A stretch of 64,000 bases of DNA, from NCBI GenBank assembly GCA_946965045.2, contig OX337236.1:1240001-1304000 (forward strand). The letters run 5' to 3'. How positions within the stretch are numbered: position 1 is the first letter of the stretch; each line of letters opens with the position of its first letter. Shown piece by piece: positions 20,902 through 30,917 of the stretch. Both the position numbers and the translations under genes were made by a program. The notes under the pieces were generated by a model. It ran no database searches, was not told where the DNA came from, and saw only the letters and a list, made by a program, of their open reading frames with translations. This DNA comes from Epithemia pelagica. Taxonomy: Eukaryota; Protista; Bacillariophyta.

Positions 20902-22354
20902 GTCGTTCGCAAAAGGAATGAATATCTTCATTGGTGTTGGTATAGGACACCGAAACCCGGATCAAGTTCGGCGCCCCGGTCCTTGCCGAGTCCATAGGAG
21001 TCGACGTGGCTGGAGACACACTAATGTCATACTGCAGACCAGTCGTCGGATCGACTTGCCATAGTTGGCTTTTTATCCATAATGGATCCACTGCTGGGGC
21101 CGTAATGCCAGCGGACGACTCGCTATTAGTGGTCACGGAAAAGGAACAAATACCACATTCGGGTTTGTAGTAGAGCTTCACTTGCGGAATCTCTCGTAAC
21201 GCATTATACAAGACCACGGCGCGGTCTTGAATACATGTTTCGATTGTGTGAATGCCTCGATTCAAAACCTCTTGCAAGGCTTCACCCAAAGCGAGACGAC
21301 CAGCAATGTTGGATTCCCAAAACTCGAATCGCTTGGCACTTGGTAAGGGTTTCCACTCCAAAAAGTCATTGACGGGTCTTCCTACGGCCATGACGTCTGA
21401 CAGGGCAGGAACCTTTTGCACAGGCATACCATAATGGTCGACATGATGAGGAAGGATTTTATCTCCAATCGATTCCGACAAATAAAGAAAGCCTGTCCCA
21501 CGAGGTCCACGAAGAAACTTGCGCCCTGTTGCAACGAGTCCATGACACTTTATCTCCGATACTTTTACTACCATTTGACCAATGGACTGACAGCTATCCA
21601 AAAGAAAAAGAATCGGAGGTAAGCTTTGGGAATCGACGGAACGGTCCGTGTTGTATCTGTCAATCAGATCTCCAATGTCTTTTGCTGGGTTTACGATTCC
21701 CGAGTTTGTGGGGACATGGGTTATACAAACAAGACATATGGTCGATGGATCCAACAACGAGCCATCATTCAAGTGAAAAGAGCCTCCGAGCATTTGTTTC
21801 AATACCTCGAGGTCCACTTTCCCTGTGCTTCGACCTTCGGAATCCACTTTGGATGGAATTGCCAAAACGATCCAATCTTCACGGTCTTCGGCCCATTGAC
21901 AAGCAGCCACAACATTTGCTGCATACTCAGCCTCCGAAATGAGAATCACATGCAGTGGCTTGTTCTGTTGTCTATCCAAAGCCGCTTGTCCTTCGCTTTG
22001 TTTGGCAGCACAAAACGAATAGAACAAACGTGTCCAACCCACCGTGGCACTTTCCACCAGTGCTATTTCCGATGAGCTTTTTGCATCAATAAGTGTGGCT
22101 GCCTTTTGGTAAACCTCATCCAGACGATGTTGCGCGTCGGCGGCTGCTTGATAACCTCCAAGCACTTGCTCGGCTGCATAATGGTTCGCCAAACAAGAGG
22201 TGACTCGAGTGGGAGAAGGCGATGCCCCTGCATGGTTCAAGTGCACGATGCGCCCGCTCCTTCTATGTGTGGACATGGCCATCCAAGGTTGACGAGCTGT
22301 AGAGTGACTGACTGCGCTGGAAAGCAAGACTAGAAGGGTACACCGATGCTTCAT
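20858..22354 (-). CDS. PLP-dependent class V aminotransferase (cysteine desulfurase / C-S lyase-like) with N-terminal signal peptide
   Basis: HLNHAGASPSP, THVPTNSGIVNP, LDSCQSIGQ, PLP-lysine motif ATGRKFLRGPRGTGFLY and RFEFWE. MKHRCTLLVLLSSAVSHS resembles a signal peptide. Confidence 0.9.
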   Translation of the reverse strand: MKHRCTLLVLLSSAVSHSTARQPWMAMSTHRRSGRIVHLNHAGASPSPTRVTSCLANHYAAEQVLGGYQAAADAQHRLDEVYQKAATLIDAKSSSEIALVESATVGWTRLFYSFCAAKQSEGQAALDRQQNKPLHVILISEAEYAANVVAACQWAEDREDWIVLAIPSKVDSEGRSTGKVDLEVLKQMLGGSFHLNDGSLLDPSTICLVCITHVPTNSGIVNPAKDIGDLIDRYNTDRSVDSQSLPPILFLLDSCQSIGQMVVKVSEIKCHGLVATGRKFLRGPRGTGFLYLSESIGDKILPHHVDHYGMPVQKVPALSDVMAVGRPVNDFLEWKPLPSAKRFEFWESNIAGRLALGEALQEVLNRGIHTIETCIQDRAVVLYNALREIPQVKLYYKPECGICSFSVTTNSESSAGITAPAVDPLWIKSQLWQVDPTTGLQYDISVSPATSTPMDSARTGAPNLIRVSVSYTNTNEDIHSFCERLGSILDTNGQSEST

Positions 22355-22374
22355 TGTCTCGGAGATCAAACATG

Positions 22375-23812
22375 AAAAAAAAAAAAAAATATAGAGATCT
22401 ATTATAACGCTGCCGCACGCCTCTCGCAAGAGAACGCCGACCGACGCGCCCGGCCTAGAGAACTAGGCGAGGACTAAGAGACTAGATAGCTGACGAATCA
22501 GCTAGAGCCAGAATGAGGGAAGGACAACAAGAGGGGTTTCCAAGTGTTGATCCAGGTTCGGAGTTGAATTGAAGTAGTCTCGAGGCGAAAATGATCATCA
22601 GTAGACGGATAGAACATAAATCTATCCGATACAGGAACCGAGGAACGAAGAGTATAAAGCACGGTGATTTCTCGCTGGGCTTGGTGGAGAGCTGCAGATT
22701 CACGAGAGGCAGCATCATGACCGTGTGTGTCGAGATTGCGTCGTAACCAAAGGTCATGCAAGTGGTTCCACAAAATTTTGATGGTGCCAGAAATAAGGCG
22801 ACGACCGGAGCATTGTGTAAAGGAAAGATCGTGGAGTGTTGCATAGGAATCTTGAATGGATACCCAGTCCTGTACAAAACGTCCAAGAAAGATATGTTCC
22901 CAGCCGACAAGGGTTTGGCGAGTGATGAGAGAGAGATAAGCGGATGGTACTGAAGGGAATTGCAGAGGGGCGTCAGAAATCCAAAGATGGATAGAATCTT
23001 GCAGTATGGTACGGAGGCACGGATCGAAATGATGTTCTGTCCAAAAGGACCCAAGTTCATCTAGCAGAGGACCGAGCCAATTACGACGGGACGGGCAACG
23101 AAGAAAATGATCGCGAGTTTCAACTGAAGTGGGGCAGTTTGGACATACGGACAAGTAATGGGTGGCGTAATGTTGTTTCAGCACTCCAAGAGGTAGCCAG
23201 TCGTGTACCAATTTTGTCAAGAAGTGTCGAAAGCGAAAGTTGGCGCGGAGAACGGAGCCATGAATGTCCCATCTGATAGACGCAAAGGTTTGTGGTGACC
23301 ACTTGTGTTTATCGCACATATATCGAGTGATGGCGGGTTCGCTTGCCAAACGGCGAAGGACACTTCGAAAATTAGACGTGATGGTCCCTTGTGAGCAGTG
23401 GAGGTTGACAGTTGTCCCGGCGATCATGGGAGCGATGTTAGGTGAAATGGAAGAGGGATATTCGTAGGCGCCAGCCAATTGATCTGCCCAAACATTGAGG
23501 CGAGCCGGAAGGGATAAGGTTTCCACTGATTGGTACCGATCTTGGTGACCTTTGACGTGTTGTATGGACGGTGGAGAATCGTATTGGCGGAGATTTGATG
23601 CGATTGCTTGTTGGAGATCCCAATCAGAGCACATAGTCGCATATGGATAGTCGTATGACCAGGCCATCCTTGTGGTGACTGTATCCACTAAGCTTTTCGA
23701 ATCCGTATAGAAGCATAGGTCGTTGGGTAGAGAAACTCCATAGAAATTGCAGAGGTGGTGCAGAAACCGTAGCAGACCAAGCAGGGCATAGCTTTCAGCA
23801 CGAAAAGAGGAA
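22375..23812 (-). mobile_element. 5'-truncated non-LTR retrotransposon (RNase H + Cys/His zinc-knuckle C-terminus), 1438 bp, 17-bp TSD
   Basis: TSD CTCGGAGATCAAACATG at 22358-22374 and 23813-23829. The frame is open 23811-22498 with RNase H motifs FRAE, YTDS, HVKGHQD and LNVWADQLA, plus CPNC...ETRDHFLRC. There is a (T)15 run at the sense 3' end. Confidence 0.93.
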
Positions 23813-25274
23813 CTCGGAGATCAAACATGCTATGAGATACCATACGTCGTCGGTCGCGGATCTCGGGTCGCTCTTAAAAGATACCATTTTCTCACAAAAT
23901 TTCAAACGATAAATTCGCAACATGTCAGGCCCACCACGATTGAAACCATCAGAAGAAAGGAGAGTCAACAAGGCTGACAAAAGGGAGCATGGGAACTCTT
24001 CAAGAATGCCCACCTTGTCCTCAGGACTGGTTTAATCGGTTGATGCCGATGCTTCTTTACCTTGCTGGAACGCTGGAAGTGACAGTACGAGGATTCATGC
24101 TTGGTTTTGGTGCCAAGATGCTCCAATTCATGATACTGGATGGCCAGGAGGACAAGCTTGAACGGTTGACTGCTCGCCTCCGCGTCGCCATTGTTTTTGG
24201 AGTGGCCACCGCATGCGTTATCGTTGGTTCGTCCATGTTTCTCCCGGCAAACATGCGCGTGCATTGGATTCAATACGAGGACTAGTGAGTCTCATATGAG
24301 TCAAGAGTCAAAACCTTGGAAGAATAAATGTACGAAGAGCAAGAACCAACAAGACAAGCTGCGATGACTGATCTCATGAGTCAATCAAACGAACATCCAA
24401 CCAGGTGGAAACAAAAAGACCTGAGTCTGTACAACTGCTTTCTTCATGGTTTGGTTGAACAAATGGTGAAAAGACTGGTGCCAAGAAACTGAAACTAATA
24501 CCTAGATATGCAGGAAAATCTGTCTTTTCTAGAGCTACATGTGAAGCCTGTGATTGATCTTACTTTGATTTTAGCGGTGACAAATCGTGCGTCCAAAATA
24601 CGCATCCCCAGTCACGACAATTTGATTCCAGAACTGACGATACTACTTCGTAAAGCGTTCCGGATGGGATTGCAACTACAGCATGCGAAACTATTGTCCC
24701 AAGACTGCACGACACGATGGGCGACTCGACCTGTAACCTACCTAGGTAGTTCGACACAGGTCGTTGTCCACGATTTCTATTTTGTATCCCAGACCGACCA
24801 GCGTTGCTGTAAAGGTCGCAACTTGCTCGTAACCTATTCCACGAATCGTTAGAAGAACGCATCACTGATGTGAGATCAAAGTAACACGTGTTGAAATTTG
24901 ACACCAAGCAGAAGATTCGTTGGATCCACATGATATCTTTTTACCGGTTACTGCGCGACTGGTTTGTGGCGATGATTGCACGCGCCTCCAGACACCACGG
25001 GACACGTCACAGATTGCGGGTCATCCCAGTCTACTACACTCTGGCGACGCACGAATCACACTATCACGTACTTCGGTACGACAGGCTACAGAGAAAAAAC
25101 CCGAAGAACCTGGAAAAGGAGTGGGAGCACACACTCGTCCGGCCTGCTCCTACAAACTGGACCTTGCTTCTCTCATTTTCATTCCAACACTAAGCGATAG
25201 AGGCAATGCCACTATCGTAGCAACGCCAGTGGTTGGAAGAACCTGAGTTTTCACCCAAAATCCCAAAAAGATCC

Positions 25275-26300
25275 ATGATCAAGATGACAATGGACGACGA
25301 CTTGTCCCAACTAGATATGGCCGATATCGATAGTCTTCCAATGTTTGATGATGGGCAAGACCCGTACGCGGAAGATCAAGTACCACCACTTTTCACGGAG
25401 ACTGAAGATGATGCGGATGATCCTTTGGACAACTTGTTCTCCATCCCGGTTCAGGACTATCTCATGAGGCATGAGACTCCGGACACAATAGCGTCATCAT
25501 CAGAGTTCCTCTCAAAAGGACGGAAGATGTTTGGTCTGTCGCGGAGGGAGGATTCGTTGCGGGCATTTCATAGGATGCTATCCCAAAACGAGGACTTAAA
25601 ACTGCCACCGACAAAATCAGGAGTGGACAAGGGCGACCGCTCGCCCAGTGAATCCTTGAACCTCAAGGAGGCAATCTATCCGGTAAAACCTTCCGCCCAC
25701 ACCTCCATGGCCATTGCGGATTCCTCCGAAATCCAAGACTCACCGAAAGACAACGAAACCCGCAGCATGAGTTCATCGATTCATGAGTCAAGACCCACAC
25801 GAGGTTGGTCCAAGAAGCGAAAGAAACGACTTTTGAGGAGTGACTCCGAGAAGACTGACAATCCTCCGAATGCTCCAAATGAGCAGGAAGTGGCTCAAGT
25901 TCGCGATATTGATGTTCTGTTTGGAAAAGGGGGAAAGATTAACAAGCACTCTGGTAACCTGCAATACCATGAGGCCAAGAAGAAACTGCAGAAAGAGTAT
26001 CTGAATTCCAATACCACCAAGTGTCGAAAACGTGAGCTCGTCAAGCAGTTGTACAATATCGTTGTTCAAGATTGGGGAGGAAGATTCTTAAGGCGATCAG
26101 AGGACAAGGAGGAAGATCAGTCGCCAGATGACGACGAAGGCTGGACGGAAGCCAGCCGTGAAGCCGCTATGGAGAAGTGCAGACAAGCTCTGGCGACACC
26201 GGAAAGATCTCGTGAAGAACGAGCTGCAAGAAGACGCATGTTCATAGAGAAAAAGAAGCGCCGTGTTGCTTCGGGTTCCACCAAGAAAGCAGCTTTGTGA
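25275..26300 (+). CDS. DUF6824-type domain protein
   Basis: DVLFGKGGKINKHSGN...WGGRFLR...W...AMEKCRQAL. The 5' end is uncertain (possible upstream exon). Confidence 0.8.
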   Translation: MIKMTMDDDLSQLDMADIDSLPMFDDGQDPYAEDQVPPLFTETEDDADDPLDNLFSIPVQDYLMRHETPDTIASSSEFLSKGRKMFGLSRREDSLRAFHRMLSQNEDLKLPPTKSGVDKGDRSPSESLNLKEAIYPVKPSAHTSMAIADSSEIQDSPKDNETRSMSSSIHESRPTRGWSKKRKKRLLRSDSEKTDNPPNAPNEQEVAQVRDIDVLFGKGGKINKHSGNLQYHEAKKKLQKEYLNSNTTKCRKRELVKQLYNIVVQDWGGRFLRRSEDKEEDQSPDDDEGWTEASREAAMEKCRQALATPERSREERAARRRMFIEKKKRRVASGSTKKAAL

Positions 26301-26699
26301 CGGTGCTAAACCGATGCGTTGGGGCTGGGGCTTTCGGAAGCGCTTGTGTTATTCCACGTTTGTCTTTCTCCCGCTTATTCTCGTTGGTGGTTGCTTCCCC
26401 CGTGATTTTCCGTCAACGCAATCCTTCGCTCTCTCAATAGAAGCGCCGGTGTGTATTTAATTTCAGTACATGACAGTTAACCAATGTAATGCCGGAGGAT
26501 CATAGGGACGACGATGAATAGGTCGTTTCATGGGACCACACTTAACTCGAACCGGCTCAGAGTCGCCAGTGATATGTAACTTCGCAATTGCCAGGCGTAG
26601 CTAGCACCTTGTTGCCGTTCCAACGCTCTATCCAGAAACGAAACAAGCAAAGATGTGTACAATACCTTTCCTCTCAACAGTTTTCTTGTGCTCTAGTAA

Positions 26700-27110
26700 T
26701 TACTCTTGCTTTCGAGCCCTCTTCATTTCCAAGTATTCCTCCTTCCTTTCACGGGCAACGTCAATCCGTAGTTTGTCGCTCAGACCCATACCATTGTACT
26801 TGCCCTCTGTGTTTTCGCGACCCGATGGCTTGAACTTGCGTTGTCCATAAAAGACTTCTCCATTGCCCATTCGCTTTCCCATAAAGTCATCAATAACATC
26901 ATCTAGGTTGGACATAATATCGGAGATTTCTTGCAGCGGATTCTTAAAATTCCATCCACTTTTCTTCCCTTCATCCTTTTCCGCATGCAACAAAGTTACC
27001 GTGCCGACTTGTTTCAGCGGATAAGAACGCATGGGATGCAATCCCTGTTGGAAGCAGGAAGACATGAGGCTCAAACTTAAGAGCAAGTAACAAACGAGAA
27101 GGCTCCTCAT
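26700..27110 (-). CDS. Small conserved-looking protein with bipartite (plastid-type) targeting signal
   Basis: Signal peptide ending SSC|F, then a charged domain DDFMGKRMGNGEVFYGQRK. 136 aa, ATG to stop. Confidence 0.7.
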   Translation of the reverse strand: MRSLLVCYLLLSLSLMSSCFQQGLHPMRSYPLKQVGTVTLLHAEKDEGKKSGWNFKNPLQEISDIMSNLDDVIDDFMGKRMGNGEVFYGQRKFKPSGRENTEGKYNGMGLSDKLRIDVARERKEEYLEMKRARKQE

Positions 27111-27725
27111 TTTGAATACACAACTCTTGACTTCAGCAAATGCGATTTATCCAAAGTTCATGCACCGTAAAATCGTCCGATCGAAAATGTTTTATCCTTT
27201 ATCGTCATGGTGAAGATGACTCGAAGCAACACTATCTTGAATGCCGTGGTATATGCTGTCGTGGCGAACAGATATCTTTCACTCAGTCGCGTTTTATTCG
27301 CCCACGATGCTAGGGAGTTGCTAGTGGCTATGGTCTATGGTGGCTTCAACGCCCTAATAAGGGTAAGGAGTCAATAGTGGTTTGAGGTTGGAAATTGGAA
27401 AGCAATAATTCTCCTTACACCACTTCAGCATGTTCAAAGCGACATTCCGTCCGATATAAACAACGACGAATCATTTGCCTTGTTGGCGTGGGTTGGTTTC
27501 AATATTGTTAGGCGGTCGCCATTCGCCATGGCAAGTCATAAAGATTGGTCCTTGGTGTCTTTCATCACCAAACAATGACAAATTCGAAACGATCCCTGAC
27601 TTATACTGTCAAAGTCAAAAACATTGCAAGCTGCCTTCAGCTCACTTTTAATAGCCTTTGGAAGAACGTCTTCTCCAAATTCTCGGGTTCACCATTTTCC
27701 AGCGATCCATAATAGACGATAAATG

Positions 27726-27790
27726 CATAATGGATCCATGTTTGTCAGAACTCCTGGTGGTCCATAATGGATCCATTTCTGTCAGAACTC
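27726..27790. repeat. Two 28-bp direct repeats (37-bp period), each containing the palindrome ATGGATCCAT
   Basis: CATAATGGATCCATGTTTGTCAGAACTC at 27726 and CATAATGGATCCATTTCTGTCAGAACTC at 27763. Confidence 0.8.
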
Positions 27791-27982
27791 TGCGGGTTTG
27801 TCTTCAGTGTTTTTCGATGTACGTTTGAAAGAGAATATCCAAAATCGTGTTTTAAAAAACCATTTGTCATGGCATCAACCCAAAATTGAAGAAGTGACGT
27901 TTCACAAAAGAGAGACAGCGCTTTTTCGGAGTGTGTAACAAAAGGAATCCAAATGTCCCCCTCTTCTCGTTCTGAATGGGCA

Positions 27983-28723
27983 TTACCAGTCCAAGGAAGA
28001 TGGCGTCGTAGCAGCAGAGGAAGAAGCCTGTTGTTGTGGGATTTTTGGGGTATTGTTGTTGGATGATACTAGGTTTTTCTTTGTCATATTGGACGACTGT
28101 CCCATGAGACGAGCAAAGGAACCCACCGAATGCCCCAGTGATGTTGGATTGTGATGCTGCCATCCCAACTGCACCACCAATAATTTGTAACGTGCTCGTA
28201 CCCGTTGCCACAATTCTTCTTGAGTACGTCCTGTCGTAGTGGTGGAGGTACCAGCAGTTGTCACAGTCATGGCTTCCTCCAACTCCTCTAGCCTTTGCTG
28301 CAGTTGATGACAGGTTTTCACTACCTTGTCGTAATGAGCTTGTTGATTGTTCTTGTTGTTGTCATCGGCTTGAGGTATTTCTTGTTTGAGGCAAGCTTGT
28401 ACAATTCCTTGATAAAAACCCAATTCCAGACCATAATCCATACCAGTCCATTGTCCTTGATCGTGTCCCAGTTTCCATCCTGCGGCACGGCCCGCCTCTT
28501 GACCCTCTCGTTGCCCTTCTTTGAGAGCTACGGCAAAAGGATCATCCTCTTCGTCGTCCTGGTTCTTGTTTTTCTTCTTCACGCTGCTGTTTTCATCAAA
28601 CTTTAGATCCAATGTTCCACTCCTCTTCACCTCTGTGTTTCCAACACCTTTATCAGATCGGACCGGGTCCAGCATTTCGTCTTCAGTGTCACGAATTGTG
28701 TCGATGGATCGAACATCGTTCAT
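27983..28723 (-). CDS. Yae1-N / LTO1 (ORAOV1)-like GX3-repeat protein
   Basis: EGQREGQEAGRAAGWKLGHDQGQWTGMDYGLELGFYQG has the GX3 periodicity and the ELGFYxG motif. Likely start is ATG 28723. Confidence 0.7.
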   Translation of the reverse strand: MNDVRSIDTIRDTEDEMLDPVRSDKGVGNTEVKRSGTLDLKFDENSSVKKKNKNQDDEEDDPFAVALKEGQREGQEAGRAAGWKLGHDQGQWTGMDYGLELGFYQGIVQACLKQEIPQADDNNKNNQQAHYDKVVKTCHQLQQRLEELEEAMTVTTAGTSTTTTGRTQEELWQRVRARYKLLVVQLGWQHHNPTSLGHSVGSFARLMGQSSNMTKKNLVSSNNNTPKIPQQQASSSAATTPSSLDW

Positions 28724-29349
28724 GGTCGGTGGCACGTACCCCGTAGCCGTAGCGGGGATGATTAAGGAATCCCGCCTGAGTCGGAAAAAGAGGTAAACCT
28801 TATCAAGGAGCGCGCGGCAAAGTAAAAACTCCAAGAGGGCAATGGATATGACAAAGGAGTAATACTCGTACTATGGTATGAACTAATGATAACTCGCGCG
28901 CACGCCGATGCAACAGACTTGGACTACGCACCGTACCATGCTGGGGAGTACGATATTTCTGTATCCAGAATAAAACAATCAACAAAGATGAAGATCGGTG
29001 TCTCATTGAAGATTGACAAGTGATGAAGCGGTAGGCATTGCTCATGAACTACCTAAAGGTATCCACGTGGGGTGTTTGGTCTTGGACTATAGTTTAGCAC
29101 TGGTAGGAGTTTGGTGCTGAACCAGCGATGGATCTTGTGTCTTTTCGGCCACTCAACGAACTCAAGCGGCTTGTTCCAGTTGTCCTTTGCAATCCAGTCG
29201 TCGAAGTGTCACCACCTTCGACAAAGGCATCCCAACCCAAGTTTTGCAGTGATTGAGCTCGGGTAGGCGGATAGACACTAAGCCGTTGAAAATCAATTAA
29301 AGAATGAGAACTTCAGTATCACTATTGCTGCTCCAGTGTATTCGGCAAT

Positions 29350-30702
29350 TTACGAAAGGTTGAGTTGTGCCATCATGTCTGCCAAACCCACTTCGGGGTC
29401 GGCTTCACTGACACGCCCCAAATCGAAAAGCATAACTTCTGGCTCTGGCTTTAACCCGGCCGTCCTCGATCTACTTTTCCTCGGGGGCGACAAAATTCCA
29501 AGGTGTCGCAATGCCAGATCATCATGTTTCAAGCCTTTTGAGGCAAAATTCTCAATCGCTGTCTTCACCGCTGCCAGATCCTCTTGTAATAGTTCTCCAT
29601 CCTGTAGCTCCAAGGGCCGCAGGTATCGCATTATCAAAGCGGGTCGGCCAGACAGCGTTGTAACTCGGGCGGAGTTGGGTCCGTAGACTCTTTGCCAGTT
29701 GGCAGCCTCATTTTGTATTTGAGCTAGTTGCTCGACTTCGGCTGATTCATCACTGCTTGATGCGGATCGGATAGGGAACTTGATGCAGCATCCGAGTCCA
29801 GCGTCAGTGCATGCCCGCCACACACGCCCATCCGCGCCTTCTCGTAGATCGGCCAGAAGAGTGAACTTGTTGGCCGACGGGAGCACGGAGTGAAAAAGTT
29901 TGGATTCATCCTCAACAGAGATCTTGCCCCACGACCACTGATCCTTGTCCAATATAATGTAGGGTCTATTTGGGTCAATAAGACGCACCGGCGATCTTGG
30001 CGCGTTAAACATTTTGAGAATTGTTGTGCAAATTACACGGGAAAGATTCTTATCGTTCCAAGCATAAAGTTCGCTGCCATGTAGTACCCTCTTCGGTACT
30101 ACTGTTTGTGTTTCCACTTCATGTTCTTGAGCCTTTTGAGCAGTCGCTGAAGTAGCCATTGCCGCTCCATCCGATGGCGGCATCCAGCAAACACGCCACT
30201 TTTCGTACGATGTCAAAATACCAAATACCTGTTCGAGACCAAAGAAACTTTGTAATCGAAGCATGTAGTCAAAGAGTTGTCCATGCACATAAGGATTCTG
30301 AAGCATTCCATCCTCGCCCGGTTTCTTGACTTCAACTACTCCAATTGGGATGCCTCCCCCATAAACAATCCTAATGTCAGGCCGCAGGTCAAAAATGCTC
30401 AGTTCGTTGAAGCATTTTAATTTCCCTTTCAAACCAACGGTATATATTGCGGTTTGCAAGACTTGTTTTACCATTCCTTGTATGTCACTTTCACTACCCC
30501 AATCAAGCGATCCATTTTCTTCGTGGATCTGCCATAGAACCGAGCTGTCGAGGCGACAAAGACTTTCGTCTGGAAACAACCCATAATCAGACCGCTCCAA
30601 CAACAAGGCGTCATCATGTTTTTCTTTGGATACGCTTCCTCTTGATTTTGATCCCGAGCGCTCGCCAAGAGGAGGAATGCCGTCTTGGAAAAACGTTTTC
30701 AT
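29350..30702 (-). CDS. PD-(D/E)xK nuclease-like domain fused to a protein kinase-like domain
   Basis: RPDI...GVVEVKKP...GQLFDY...GILTSYEKWR (REase-like). Then EGADGRVW, CIKF, QNEAANW, HDDLALRH and LFDLG (kinase subdomains). Intronless; first ATG at 30702. Confidence 0.75.
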   Translation of the reverse strand: MKTFFQDGIPPLGERSGSKSRGSVSKEKHDDALLLERSDYGLFPDESLCRLDSSVLWQIHEENGSLDWGSESDIQGMVKQVLQTAIYTVGLKGKLKCFNELSIFDLRPDIRIVYGGGIPIGVVEVKKPGEDGMLQNPYVHGQLFDYMLRLQSFFGLEQVFGILTSYEKWRVCWMPPSDGAAMATSATAQKAQEHEVETQTVVPKRVLHGSELYAWNDKNLSRVICTTILKMFNAPRSPVRLIDPNRPYIILDKDQWSWGKISVEDESKLFHSVLPSANKFTLLADLREGADGRVWRACTDAGLGCCIKFPIRSASSSDESAEVEQLAQIQNEAANWQRVYGPNSARVTTLSGRPALIMRYLRPLELQDGELLQEDLAAVKTAIENFASKGLKHDDLALRHLGILSPPRKSRSRTAGLKPEPEVMLFDLGRVSEADPEVGLADMMAQLNLS

Positions 30703-30917
30703 GATGGCCAACGGAGGGCGCCGCTCCGTCTGCTCCAGTAATAATGAACGAAACGAAACGAAACCTTCGCGCCGTCCCAACGATGACTCTCAACCCGTTG
30801 TTTTGTTCTACCCCGTCGATCAGCGGAGTCAAGGGTCGGCGACAAGGACAAGAAGAAGAAGCGCCAACGTCAACAACATCATCTGTTTTTTTTTCACGTA
30901 TTATGGATTTTATTTTA

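Noticed and set aside
22375-22389. A15 run read as the poly(A) tail of a plus-strand retro-insertion
   Set aside because: It lies at the left (5') end on the plus strand and the coding strand is minus, so it cannot be a normal poly(A) tail.
23965-24285. Overlapping small ORFs (98 aa on +, 102 and 65 aa on -)
   Set aside because: No motif and no way to choose a frame; left uncalled.
24508-25246. Several 74-123-aa ORFs upstream of the DUF6824 gene
   Set aside because: Composition is not protein-like and the ORFs overlap each other; probably promoter or UTR.
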